Shown one piece after another: positions 25,192-34,650 of a stretch of 64,000 nt of DNA (the first letter of the stretch is position 1; each line of letters opens with the position of its first letter). The DNA comes from Pseudomonadota bacterium. Its GTDB lineage: Bacteria > Pseudomonadota > Alphaproteobacteria > Rhodobacterales > Rhodobacteraceae. The stretch is taken from positions 317 through 64,316 of the forward strand of contig JBCBWF010000001.1 of the NCBI GenBank assembly GCA_039817245.1. The letters run 5' to 3'. A program made the position numbers and the translations under genes. The notes beneath the pieces are model-generated. The model did no database searches. It had not been told where the DNA came from and saw only the letters and a program-made list of their open reading frames with translations.

Positions 25192-26874
25192 ATGATCTCC
25201 CGCCGCGACTTCCTGCAGGCCGGCCTGGCGGCCTCCGCCCTCTTCGGCACCGGCCGGCTGAGTGCGATGGCCGCCACCCAGGCCATGACGGAGAACGCGC
25301 TCCTCGACATGGCGCCCACGGGCAATGTCACGCTGATCCATCTGACCGACATTCATGCGCAGCTGAAACCGCTCTGGTTCCGCGAGCCTTCCGTCAATCT
25401 TGGCGTGGGCTCCGCCGCGGGGAAGCCGCCGCATGTGTCGGGCAAGGATTTCCTGAGCCTCTACGGCATCGAGGCGGGCTCGCCGATGGCCTATGCGCTC
25501 TCCTCGGACGAGTTCTCGGCGCTGGCCCGCGAATATGGGCGGATGGGCGGCATGGACCGGGTGTCGACGGTGGTGAAGCGCATCCGCGCGGATCGTCCGG
25601 ACGCGCTGCTCCTCGATGGCGGAGACACCTGGCACGGCTCCATGACGGCGCTGCGCACGCAGGGCCAGGACATGGTCGACGTGATGAACGCGCTCGCCCC
25701 CGATGCCATGACCGCGCATTGGGAGTTCACCCTGGGCATCGACCGGGTGACGGAGATCGTGGACGAACTGCCGTTCCCCTTCCTCGGGGCCAACATCTTC
25801 GACAACGAGTGGGACGAGCCGGCCTACGAGCCCTACACGATGTTCGAGCGCGGCGGCGTCCAGGTGGCCGTGATCGGCCAGGCCTTCCCCTACATGCCGA
25901 TCGCGAACCCCGGCTGGATGTTCCCGGGCCTCAGCTTCGGTGTCCGCGAGGCGCGGATGCGCGAGGTGGTGGCGGAGGTTCGCGAGGCCGGGGCGGCACT
26001 CGTCGTGCTCCTCAGCCATAACGGCTTCGATGTGGACCGGAAGCTGGCCTCCCGCGTGGAGGGGATCGATGTCATCCTCTGCGGCCATACCCACGACGCC
26101 TTGCCGGAGCCGCTGCGCGTCGGGAACACCTTGCTCATCGCATCGGGTTCCAACGGGAAATTCGTGAGCCGGATCGATCTCGATGTGGACGGCTCGGGCG
26201 TGAAGGACGCGGCGCACCGGCTGATCCCGGTCTTCTCCGACGTGATCACGCCGGATCCGGAGATGGCGACGCTGATCGACACGCTGCGCGCCCCCTACGA
26301 GGCAGAGCTTGCCGAGGTGCTCGGCACCACGGAGAGCCTCCTCTACCGGCGCGGCAACTTCAACGGCACCTTCGACGATCTGATCTGCCAGGCACTGCTC
26401 GAGGAGCGCGAGGCTGAGATCGCGCTCTCTCCCGGCTTCCGCTGGGGCCCGAGCCTTCTGCCCGGCGAGCCGATCACCCGCGAGGCGCTGCACAACGCCA
26501 CCTCCATGAGCTATCCCGCCGCCTATCGCACGGAGATGACCGGGGAATTCCTGCACACGGTCCTGGAGGACGTGGCGGACAACCTCTTCAACCCGGATCC
26601 CTACTACCAGCAGGGCGGCGACATGGTGCGCGTCGGCGGCATGGGCTACCGGATCGACATCTCCAAGCCGCAGGGCAGCCGCATCAGCGAGATGACGCTG
26701 CTCTCCGATGGCAGCCCCATCGACCCCACCCGCAGCTACACCGTCTCCGGCTGGGCCTCGGTCAACGAGGAAACAGAAGGCCCCGCCATCTGGGACGTGG
26801 TCGAGGCGTATATCCGCCGCAAGGGCACGGTCCGCGTGGAACCCAACCAGTCCGTCCGCGTCAGCGGAACCTGA
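25192..26874 (+). CDS. soxB: Thiosulfohydrolase
   Basis: Tat SRRDFL, TDIHAQL, DGGDTW, HWEF, SHNG, GHTHD, YYQQGGDMVR. Confidence 0.96.
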   Translation: MISRRDFLQAGLAASALFGTGRLSAMAATQAMTENALLDMAPTGNVTLIHLTDIHAQLKPLWFREPSVNLGVGSAAGKPPHVSGKDFLSLYGIEAGSPMAYALSSDEFSALAREYGRMGGMDRVSTVVKRIRADRPDALLLDGGDTWHGSMTALRTQGQDMVDVMNALAPDAMTAHWEFTLGIDRVTEIVDELPFPFLGANIFDNEWDEPAYEPYTMFERGGVQVAVIGQAFPYMPIANPGWMFPGLSFGVREARMREVVAEVREAGAALVVLLSHNGFDVDRKLASRVEGIDVILCGHTHDALPEPLRVGNTLLIASGSNGKFVSRIDLDVDGSGVKDAAHRLIPVFSDVITPDPEMATLIDTLRAPYEAELAEVLGTTESLLYRRGNFNGTFDDLICQALLEEREAEIALSPGFRWGPSLLPGEPITREALHNATSMSYPAAYRTEMTGEFLHTVLEDVADNLFNPDPYYQQGGDMVRVGGMGYRIDISKPQGSRISEMTLLSDGSPIDPTRSYTVSGWASVNEETEGPAIWDVVEAYIRRKGTVRVEPNQSVRVSGT

Positions 26875-26893
26875 AACGACGAGTAGGAACAGC

Positions 26894-28159
26894 ATGGCCG
26901 AACTTCCGAAACCCTCCCGCCGGGCTCTCCTGCGTGCGGGCCTCGCCGTCGGCGCTGCGCTGGCCGCCGGCGGCGCCGCGCGCGGCGCGGGAGACCCCGC
27001 GATCACCGATCTCGAGCAGCAGCCCTGGACGCAGTATCTGGGCGACGGCGTGGATGCGCGCCCCTACGGTACGCCCTCGGAATACGAGGCGCATGTCGTG
27101 CGGCGCGACGTGCCCTGGCTGACCGCCGATCCGGTGAGCTCCGTGAACTTCACGCCGATCCACGAACTCGACGGCGTCATCACCCCCAACGGCCTCTGCT
27201 TCGAGCGCCACCATGGCGGTGTCGCCGAGATCGATCCGTCGCTGTGGCGCCTGATGATCAACGGCCTCGTCAAGCAGCCGATGGTCTTCACGCTCGAGGA
27301 CCTCATGCGCTTCCCGCGCGTGAACAAGGCGTACTTCCTCGAATGCGCCGCCAATTCCGGCATGGAGTGGCGCGGCGCCCAGCTCAATGGCGTGCAGTAC
27401 ACCCATGGCATGATCCATAACGTGATCTACACGGGCGTGCCGCTGAAGATGATCCTCGCCGAGGCCGGGCTGAAGGAGAACGCGGCCTGGCTCTTGCCGG
27501 AAGGCGGCGACGCGGCCGGCATGACCCGCTCGGTGCCCCTCTTCAAGGCGCTCGATGACTGCCTGATCGCCACGCATATGAACGGTGAACGGCTCCGCCC
27601 CGAGCAGGGCTACCCGGCGCGTCTCGTCGTGCCCGGCTGGGAAGGCAATATGTGGGTCAAGTGGATCCGCCGCATCGAGGTCGGCGACAAGCCCTGGCAC
27701 CACCGCGAGGAGACCTCGAAATACACCGACCTGATGGCGGACGGGCGCGCGCGGCGCTTCACCTGGGAGATGGATGTGAAGTCCGTCATCACCAATCCCA
27801 GCCCGCAGGCGCCGATCAAGCATGCCAAGGGTCACACCGTGCTCACCGGCATCGCCTGGTCCGGCCGCGGCACGGTGAAGGAGGTGCACGTCACCACCGA
27901 TGGCGGCCGCAACTGGGCCCGGGCGCGGATCGACGGGCCGTCCTGGGACAAGTCCATGCACCGCTTCTACTACGAGTTCGAGTGGGACGGCAGCCCGCTC
28001 CTCCTGCAGTCCCGCGCCGTCGACAGCGAGGGCTATGTGCAGCCCACCAAGGAGGCACTGCGCAAGGTGCGCGGTGTGAACTCGATCTATCACAACAACG
28101 GTATCCAGACCTGGGCCGTGAATGCCGAGGGGGAGGCTGAGAATGTCGAGATTTCCTGA
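26894..28159 (+). CDS. soxC: Sulfane dehydrogenase molybdoprotein
   Basis: Tat SRRALL, FERHH, LECAAN (Mo-ligand Cys), EQGYPARL, PGWEGN, YHNN. Confidence 0.95.
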   Translation: MAELPKPSRRALLRAGLAVGAALAAGGAARGAGDPAITDLEQQPWTQYLGDGVDARPYGTPSEYEAHVVRRDVPWLTADPVSSVNFTPIHELDGVITPNGLCFERHHGGVAEIDPSLWRLMINGLVKQPMVFTLEDLMRFPRVNKAYFLECAANSGMEWRGAQLNGVQYTHGMIHNVIYTGVPLKMILAEAGLKENAAWLLPEGGDAAGMTRSVPLFKALDDCLIATHMNGERLRPEQGYPARLVVPGWEGNMWVKWIRRIEVGDKPWHHREETSKYTDLMADGRARRFTWEMDVKSVITNPSPQAPIKHAKGHTVLTGIAWSGRGTVKEVHVTTDGGRNWARARIDGPSWDKSMHRFYYEFEWDGSPLLLQSRAVDSEGYVQPTKEALRKVRGVNSIYHNNGIQTWAVNAEGEAENVEIS

Positions 28160-28802
28160 GGTTGCCGCGCTGCTCTGCCTCGCCATGGCAACGCCGGCGA
28201 TGGCGGATGGCTTCGGCCTCGGCCGCCCCGCCACGGATGCGGAGATCGCGTCCTGGGACATCGATGTGCGCCCGGACGGCGCAGGCCTTCCGGAGGGCTC
28301 CGGCAATGCGCTGGATGGCGAGGAGATCTTCGCCGAGCAGTGCGCCCATTGCCACGGCGATTTCGGCGAGGGCGTCGATCGCTGGCCCGTGCTCGCGGGC
28401 GGGCATGACACGCTGACCGCGGAGCGACCGGTCAAGACCATCGGGTCCTACTGGCCGTATCTCTCCACCGTCTACGACTACATCTACCGCGCGATGCCGT
28501 TCGGTTATGCCCAGTCGCTGGAGGCGGACGACGTCTACGCGATCACCGCCTACCTCCTCTACATGAACGACGTGGTGGACGATGAGGAGTTCGAGCTGAG
28601 CCACGAGAACTTCAAGGAGGTTCGGCTGCCGAACGAGGCCAACTTCTTCGCCGATCCGCGCCCCGACATGCCGATGCTGCCCAACGCGCCGCCCTGCATG
28701 GAGAACTGCAAGGAGAGCGCCGAGATCACGATGCGCGCCCGGGTGCTCGACGTCACACCCGACAGCGAGGACGACGACCATGCCGGCATGGCCGTGGATT
28801 GA
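28143..28802 (+). CDS. soxD: Sulfane dehydrogenase cytochrome c subunit, mono-haem form
   Basis: WDIDVRPDG, a single CAHCH, TIGSYWPY, AMPFG; overlaps the soxC stop. Confidence 0.9.
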   Translation: MSRFPEVAALLCLAMATPAMADGFGLGRPATDAEIASWDIDVRPDGAGLPEGSGNALDGEEIFAEQCAHCHGDFGEGVDRWPVLAGGHDTLTAERPVKTIGSYWPYLSTVYDYIYRAMPFGYAQSLEADDVYAITAYLLYMNDVVDDEEFELSHENFKEVRLPNEANFFADPRPDMPMLPNAPPCMENCKESAEITMRARVLDVTPDSEDDDHAGMAVD

Positions 28803-29517
28803 GCGCGCCCGGTCGGGCGCCCTTCTCCCGATTGTGGCCGCCGCGCTGACGATCGCGCTTGGCGGTCCGGTGGCGGCCGATGGCGCGGCGAGCGCAGAGC
28901 GCGGTGCGGCTCTCTACGCAAAGTGCAAGAGCTGCCACATGGTCGGGACAGACGCGCGCAACCGCGTCGGGCCGCATCTGAACGAGCTCTTCGGCCGGCG
29001 CGCGGCCTCCCTGCCCGGCTACAAGTACTCCAAGGACATGGAGCGCGCCGGCGCGGACGGTCTGGTCTGGGACGCGGAGAAACTCGACGTCTTCATGGCC
29101 AATCCGCGCGCGCTTGTCACCGGCACGCGGATGAGCTTTCGGGGGATCTCCGATCCCGGAGACCGGGGCGATCTGCTCGCCTATCTGCGCCAGTTCTCGG
29201 TCAGCCCGCGCGATATCCCGGAAGCCGAGCCGACGGCCGTGAAGCGCGATCCGGATGTCGACCCGGCCATCCTCGCGATCGAGGGCGATCCGGCCTATGG
29301 CGAGTATCTCGCCGGCGAATGCGTGACCTGCCACCAGGCCAGCGGCGCGGATGAGGGTATCCCGTCCATCACCGGCTGGCCGCAGGAGGATTTCGTGACC
29401 GCGCTGCACGCCTACAAGGCCAAGTACCGACCCCATCCGGCGATGCAGCTCATCGCCAGCAATCTCTCGGATGAGGAAATCGCGTCGCTCGCGGCCTTTT
29501 TCGAGGGCGTCGAGTAG
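28780..29517 (+). CDS. soxE: Dihaem cytochrome c
   Basis: Signal-like N-terminus; CKSCH in a c2-like domain (VGPHLN, GTRM) and CVTCH in a second domain. Start uncertain. Confidence 0.82.
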   Translation: MPAWPWIERARSGALLPIVAAALTIALGGPVAADGAASAERGAALYAKCKSCHMVGTDARNRVGPHLNELFGRRAASLPGYKYSKDMERAGADGLVWDAEKLDVFMANPRALVTGTRMSFRGISDPGDRGDLLAYLRQFSVSPRDIPEAEPTAVKRDPDVDPAILAIEGDPAYGEYLAGECVTCHQASGADEGIPSITGWPQEDFVTALHAYKAKYRPHPAMQLIASNLSDEEIASLAAFFEGVE

Positions 29518-29590
29518 CCCTCGCGCCGCTTGCCACGCGGCGCTGCAGGCACAAGGCTGAAGACAAAGAAAACCTCGGGAGGAATGAACG

Positions 29591-30850
29591 ATGACGACAA
29601 GACGGACGGTACTGGCAGGCGGCCTCGCGATGAGTGCCGCTCTCTCCGCGCCCGCGGTCCTCGGACAGGCGCGGCCGAAGGCGGTGGTGATCGGTGGCGG
29701 CGCGGGCGGGGCGACCGCCGCGCGTTACATCGCCAAGGACTCGAAGGGCGAGATCGATGTGACGCTGATCGAGCCCACGCGGACCTATTACACCTGCTTC
29801 TTCTCGAACCTCTATATCGGCGGCTTCCGCAGCCTCGACTCGATCGGGCACAGCTATGGCGGGCTCGCGGCCAACGGCGTGAACGTCGTGCATGACTGGG
29901 CGACCGGCGTCGACCGCGATGCGCGCGAGGTCGCGCTCGCGAGCGGGGGGCGGGTCGCCTACGACCGGCTGGTCGTCGCACCCGGCATCGACTTCCGCTG
30001 GGACAGCCTGCCCGGCTACGGCGTCGAGGCGCAGAACGCGATGCCGCATGCCTGGAAGGGCGGCAGCCAGACCGAGCTCCTGCACGCCCAGATCCAGGCG
30101 ATGCGCCCGGGCGGTCTCTATGTGATGGTCGCGCCGCCCAACCCCTATCGCTGCCCGCCGGGGCCGTATGAGCGCGTCTCGATGGTGGCGCATGTTCTGA
30201 AGGAGAAGAACCCGACGGCCAAGATCCTGATCCTCGATCCCAAGCCGAAATTCTCCAAGCAGGGGCTCTTCGAGGAGGGCTGGGGGACGCACTACCCCGG
30301 CATGATCGAGTGGCTGGACGCGGACTTCGTCGGCGAGATCGAGGAAGTGCGCCCGGATACGATGGAGATCGTCGCCGGCGGGGAAGTCACGAAGGCCGAT
30401 GTGGCCAATGTGATCCCGGCCCAGAAGGCCGGCCACATTGCCGAAACGGCAGGGCTGACCAACGAGAGCGGCTTCTGCCCGATCGTGCCCGGCACCATGC
30501 AGAGCCAGATGGACGAGGCGGTGCATGTCCTCGGCGACGCGACGGTCGCGGGCGACATGCCGAAATCCGGCTTCTCGGCCAACAGCCAGGCCAAGGTGGC
30601 GGCGATGTCCGTGCGCGCGGCCCTCACGGGCTCGAAGGTCTTCCCGGCGCGCTTTTCCAACACGTGCTGGTCGCTGATCGCGACCGAGGACGGCGTGAAG
30701 GTCGGCGCGCGCTACGAGGCGACCGACGAGAAGATCGCCAAGACCGAGGGCTTCATCAGCCAGACCGGCGAGGATGCGGCACTGCGCAAGCAGACCTACG
30801 AGGAGAGCCTCGGCTGGTATGCGGGCATCACTGCGGACATGTTCGGCTAG
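29591..30850 (+). CDS. soxF: Flavocytochrome c sulfide dehydrogenase flavoprotein subunit
   Basis: Tat TRRTVL, VIGGGAGG, YRCPPGPYER, MPKSG, NTCWS. Confidence 0.93.
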   Translation: MTTRRTVLAGGLAMSAALSAPAVLGQARPKAVVIGGGAGGATAARYIAKDSKGEIDVTLIEPTRTYYTCFFSNLYIGGFRSLDSIGHSYGGLAANGVNVVHDWATGVDRDAREVALASGGRVAYDRLVVAPGIDFRWDSLPGYGVEAQNAMPHAWKGGSQTELLHAQIQAMRPGGLYVMVAPPNPYRCPPGPYERVSMVAHVLKEKNPTAKILILDPKPKFSKQGLFEEGWGTHYPGMIEWLDADFVGEIEEVRPDTMEIVAGGEVTKADVANVIPAQKAGHIAETAGLTNESGFCPIVPGTMQSQMDEAVHVLGDATVAGDMPKSGFSANSQAKVAAMSVRAALTGSKVFPARFSNTCWSLIATEDGVKVGARYEATDEKIAKTEGFISQTGEDAALRKQTYEESLGWYAGITADMFG

Positions 30851-30860
30851 GGAGGGCGCC

Positions 30861-31313
30861 ATGCGTGCGCGACTGTTTGCGGGCATCGCCCTGATTGCCG
30901 GGCTCGCCGCCTTGCCGGTGCCGGCGGAGGAGGGGCTGCTGGTGACCTATCCGGTCGATGGCAGCTTCGAGGACGGCGCCTTCGGCGTGGAGAGCGCGAT
31001 CACCGACCGCGGGCTGGTGATCGACGCCGTCAGCCATGTGGGCGCGATGCTGAACCGCACGGGCTCGGATGTCGGCTCCACGGTGCCGCTCTTCGCGGAG
31101 GCCGATATCTATCTCTTCTGCTCGGCCGTGCTGTCGCGCCGGGTGATGGAGGCGGATCCGAACAACATCGCGCACTGTCCTTACGGCATCATCCTTCGCG
31201 AGATGCCGGATGGCCGGGTGGAAGTGGGCTACCGGCGGATGCCGGACGGCGCGATGCAGGAGGTCGAGGCGCTCCTCGACGATATCGCGCGCGAAGCGGC
31301 AGGGCTCGACTGA
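30861..31313 (+). CDS. DUF302-domain exported protein
   Basis: Signal peptide, IYLFCSA, NIAHCPY; 10 bp after soxF with a GGAGGG RBS. Confidence 0.75.
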   Translation: MRARLFAGIALIAGLAALPVPAEEGLLVTYPVDGSFEDGAFGVESAITDRGLVIDAVSHVGAMLNRTGSDVGSTVPLFAEADIYLFCSAVLSRRVMEADPNNIAHCPYGIILREMPDGRVEVGYRRMPDGAMQEVEALLDDIAREAAGLD

Positions 31314-31360
31314 GCCCCCGCTTCCGGTCCATGCTCCAGCCCGCGGGCGGGTGACAACCG

Positions 31361-31459
31361 GGGCGCCGATGCGGCCCGAGGCCCCGCCCGCCCGGGCTGG
31401 CGTTCCGCCTGGCCCGGCGGTCCCGTATCCCCCCCGGCCTTCGGGCCGCATCGGCGCCC
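31361..31459. repeat. 99-bp intergenic element bounded by a perfect 19-bp inverted repeat
   Basis: GGGCGCCGATGCGGCCCGA (31361-31379) and its exact reverse complement TCGGGCCGCATCGGCGCCC (31441-31459). Confidence 0.75.
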
Positions 31460-31514
31460 TGCCCTCCATGGATGCGCAGGGTGCTGGGGGCGCTGACAGG
31501 AGAGCGCTGCTGCC

Positions 31515-32354
31515 ATGTCCGACCCGAAACCCTGCATCATCTGCGTCGCGATCACGGGGTCGGTCCCGACCAAGGCGGACAATCCTGCCGTACCGATCAC
31601 GGTGGAAGAGCAGGTCGAGAGCACGCAGGAGGCCTTCGAGGCCGGCGCCAGCATCGCGCATGGTCATGTGCGCGCCGATGACGGGACGCCGACCTCCGAC
31701 CCTGAGCGTTTTGCGCGCCTGAAGGAGGGGCTCGAGCGGCACTGTCCTGGCATGATCGTGCAGTTCTCCACCGGCGGGCGCTCCGGCGCGGGGACGAGCC
31801 GCGGGGGCATGCTGCCGCTGCGCCCGGACATGGCCTCGCTCACCGTGGGTTCCAACAACTTCCCCAACCGGGTCTACGAGAACCCGCCGGACCTGGTGGA
31901 CTGGCTGGCCGGCGAGATGCGGACCTACGGGGTGAAGCCCGAGATCGAGGCCTTCGATCTCAGCCATATCCATCATGCCGCGCTGATGCGGCGCGACGGC
32001 CGGCTGGAGGGGCGGCTCTATATTCAGTTCGTGATGGGCGTGAAGAATGCGATGCCGGTGGACCGCGAGACGTTTGATTTCTACATCCGTACGGTGGAGC
32101 GGCTGCTGCCGGACGCGGACTGGTGCGCCGCCGGGATCGGGCGCAACCAGATCGTGCTGAATGAGTGGTGCATCGCCGAGGGTGGGCATGTGCGGACGGG
32201 ACTGGAAGACAATGTGCGGCTGGACCGCGAGACGCTCGCGCCCTCTAATGCGGCCCTGGTGCGGCGCGCGGCGGAGCTCTGCGAACGGTATGGGCGGCCC
32301 GTTGCGAGCGCAACGCAGGCCCGCGCGATGCTGGATCTGCGCCCCGCGGCCTGA
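31515..32354 (+). CDS. BKACE (DUF849) beta-keto acid cleavage enzyme
   Basis: CVAITGS..NPAVP, HGH, STGGRS, PDMASL, KPEIEAFD, VRTGLEDN. Confidence 0.9.
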   Translation: MSDPKPCIICVAITGSVPTKADNPAVPITVEEQVESTQEAFEAGASIAHGHVRADDGTPTSDPERFARLKEGLERHCPGMIVQFSTGGRSGAGTSRGGMLPLRPDMASLTVGSNNFPNRVYENPPDLVDWLAGEMRTYGVKPEIEAFDLSHIHHAALMRRDGRLEGRLYIQFVMGVKNAMPVDRETFDFYIRTVERLLPDADWCAAGIGRNQIVLNEWCIAEGGHVRTGLEDNVRLDRETLAPSNAALVRRAAELCERYGRPVASATQARAMLDLRPAA

Positions 32355-32402
32355 GGCGGCGGCGGTCTGCGGGCCGGCTAAACGGGTGCGTGGGGGCGTC
32401 GC

Positions 32403-33737
32403 GTGAGCACGGCCGTTGCCGATCACGCGCTCTTGGGTGAGCTGTTCGGGGACGCCGCGCTGGCGCGCCATCTGGACGCGGCCGCAGAGATCGCGGCGAT
32501 GATTCGGTTCGAGGCCGCGCTCGCCGAGATGCAGGGCCGGCTCGGGATCGTGCCGGAGGCGGCCGGGCGCTCCATCGCCGCGACACTTGCAGAGACAACG
32601 GTGGCGCCGGAGACGCTGGCGCCCGGCACCCGTGCGGCCGGCGTGCCGGTACCGGCGCTCGTTGCGCATCTGCGCGCCGCGATCGGCCCGCCCCATGGCG
32701 GCTATGTGCATTGGGGCGCGACCTCCCAGGACGTCATGGATACCGGGCTTGTGCTGCGGCTCCGTGACTGCCTGGACCTGCTGGAAGAAAGGCTGGAAGT
32801 GTTGCTGGACCGGCTGTCGGCCGCGGCGGAGGCGCATGCGAGGCTCGAAATGGCAGCCCGCACGCGGGCGCAGGTGGCGACGCCCACGGTCCTGGGCCTG
32901 CGCATCGCGGGCTGGCGCGCCCCGCTCGCGCGCTGCCAAACGCGGCTGGCGGAGCTTCGCCCGCGGCTGCTCGTTGTCCAGCTCGGCGGGGCTGCCGGCA
33001 CGCAGTCGGTCTTCGGCGCGCAGGGTGTGGCGCTGATGGAGGGGCTCGCGCATGCGCTCGGTCTCGGCTGCCCTGCAAAGCCCTGGCATACGGAGCGCGA
33101 CGCGCTGGTGGAGCTGGCGAACTGGCTCGCGATGGTGACGGGGCTGCTCGGCCGGATCGGCGGCGACCTGATCCTGCTCGGGCGCTCGGAGATCGGCGAG
33201 CTTGCGGCTGGCACCGGCGGCGGCTCCTCCACCATGCCGCAGAAAGCCAATCCTGTGCAGGCGGAGTCGCTGGTGGCGCTCGCGCGTCAGGCGGGCGCGC
33301 AGGCGGGTCTGGCGCAGCAGGCGCTCCTGCACCAGGAAGAGCGCGACTCGACCGCCTGGGCGCTCGAATGGATGGTGTTGCCGGCGCTCCTGCAGGCGGC
33401 GGGGGCCGCGTTGAACCACGCAACGGCGCTGGCAGGCACGCTCACGCCCAAGCCGCCGCGCATGGCCGAGACGCTGGCCCGTGGCGGCGGCACCGTGCAT
33501 GCCGAGGCGCTGGCCTTCTCGCTCGCCGGGCAGATCCCGCTGCCCGAGGCGCAGGCGATGGTGAAGGCCGCGGCGCGCGCGGTCAGCGAGCATGGCGGCT
33601 CGCTCGAAGCGCAGCTTGCCGAGGCCTGTCGCGGGCGCGGACTGACAGCCCCATCCGCTCCGGAAGGTGCGGCCGCAGAGGCCGCAGCGCCGCTGATCGC
33701 CCGGAGCCTCGCGGAAGGGCGCGGCACCGAGACCTGA
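32403..33737 (+). CDS. pcaB: 3-carboxy-cis,cis-muconate cycloisomerase
   Basis: VHWGATSQDVMDT, GGAAGT, WHTERD, GGSSTMPQKANPV, HQEERD...W.LEW (fumarase superfamily, PcaB type). Confidence 0.85.
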   Translation: MSTAVADHALLGELFGDAALARHLDAAAEIAAMIRFEAALAEMQGRLGIVPEAAGRSIAATLAETTVAPETLAPGTRAAGVPVPALVAHLRAAIGPPHGGYVHWGATSQDVMDTGLVLRLRDCLDLLEERLEVLLDRLSAAAEAHARLEMAARTRAQVATPTVLGLRIAGWRAPLARCQTRLAELRPRLLVVQLGGAAGTQSVFGAQGVALMEGLAHALGLGCPAKPWHTERDALVELANWLAMVTGLLGRIGGDLILLGRSEIGELAAGTGGGSSTMPQKANPVQAESLVALARQAGAQAGLAQQALLHQEERDSTAWALEWMVLPALLQAAGAALNHATALAGTLTPKPPRMAETLARGGGTVHAEALAFSLAGQIPLPEAQAMVKAAARAVSEHGGSLEAQLAEACRGRGLTAPSAPEGAAAEAAAPLIARSLAEGRGTET

Positions 33738-33831
33738 ACCCGCTCCCATGCCACCGTGCCCTCAGAGGGCTTGCGCGCCGGGCATGGGCAAGGACAATGG
33801 CGGCGAACGCGCTGCTGCTCATGGAGTTTCC

Positions 33832-34614
33832 ATGACCGACCTGCTCCACCGCCTGTGGCTTGCTGCGCTGGCCCTCGTGCTCGTGCTCGCGCCGATCGCC
33901 GCGGCTGCAAACGGCAACCGCGTCGTGGTTTTCGCCGCCGCGAGCCTCGCCGAGGCGCTGGAGGAAGCGACGGCGGGGTGGGAGGCGGAGACGGGCCAGA
34001 GCGCCGTTCTCTCCTTCGCGGGCAGCGGCACGCTCGCCAAGCAGATCGAGAGAGGTGCGCCCGCCGGGGTCTTTCTCTCCGCCAACACCGCATGGATGGA
34101 CTACCTCGCCGAGCGCGACCTTCTCGTTCCGGGCTCGCGGGACAACCTGCTCGGCAACCGCCTCGTCCTGGTCGGCGCGCCCTTCGCAGGGGCGCCGGCG
34201 GTCCTCGATGCGGCGTTCGATCTCGGCGGCCGGCTCGGGGAGGGGCGGCTCGCGCTCGGCCTCACCGAGGCCGTGCCGGCCGGGATCTATGCCCGCGCGG
34301 CCCTCGAGAGCCTCGGCCACTGGGACGCGGTGCGCGACCGACTGGCGGAGACCGACAATGTCCGCGCCGCGCTCGCCCTCGTTGCCCGCGGCGAGGCCCC
34401 GCTCGGGATCGTCTATGCCAGCGACCTGTCCGGAACCGAGGGGATCGGCGTCCTCGCCACCCTGCCTGCCGAGAGCCACCCGCCGATCCGCTACGACGCC
34501 GCACTGATCCGCGGTCCGGGCGACGCCGACGCGGCGGCAAGCCTCCTCGCCCATCTCGCGTCGCCCGAGGCTGCGGAGATCTTCCGCCGCCACGGCTTCC
34601 TCGTGCCCGGCTGA
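33832..34614 (+). CDS. modA: Molybdate ABC substrate-binding protein
   Basis: FAAASL, SFAGSGTLAKQIERGAP, VPAGIYA, VRAAL..V.RGEA. Confidence 0.93.
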   Translation: MTDLLHRLWLAALALVLVLAPIAAAANGNRVVVFAAASLAEALEEATAGWEAETGQSAVLSFAGSGTLAKQIERGAPAGVFLSANTAWMDYLAERDLLVPGSRDNLLGNRLVLVGAPFAGAPAVLDAAFDLGGRLGEGRLALGLTEAVPAGIYARAALESLGHWDAVRDRLAETDNVRAALALVARGEAPLGIVYASDLSGTEGIGVLATLPAESHPPIRYDAALIRGPGDADAAASLLAHLASPEAAEIFRRHGFLVPG

Positions 34615-34650
34615 TCCGGCATGCGAGCGAGCCGGCCGCACGGGCGCTGA

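Noticed and set aside
28780-28802. Frameshifted dihaem soxD (soxD and soxE as one broken gene)
   Set aside because: The downstream ORF has its own RBS-like GAGG, a signal-like N-terminus and SoxE architecture; mono-haem SoxD is a known natural form.
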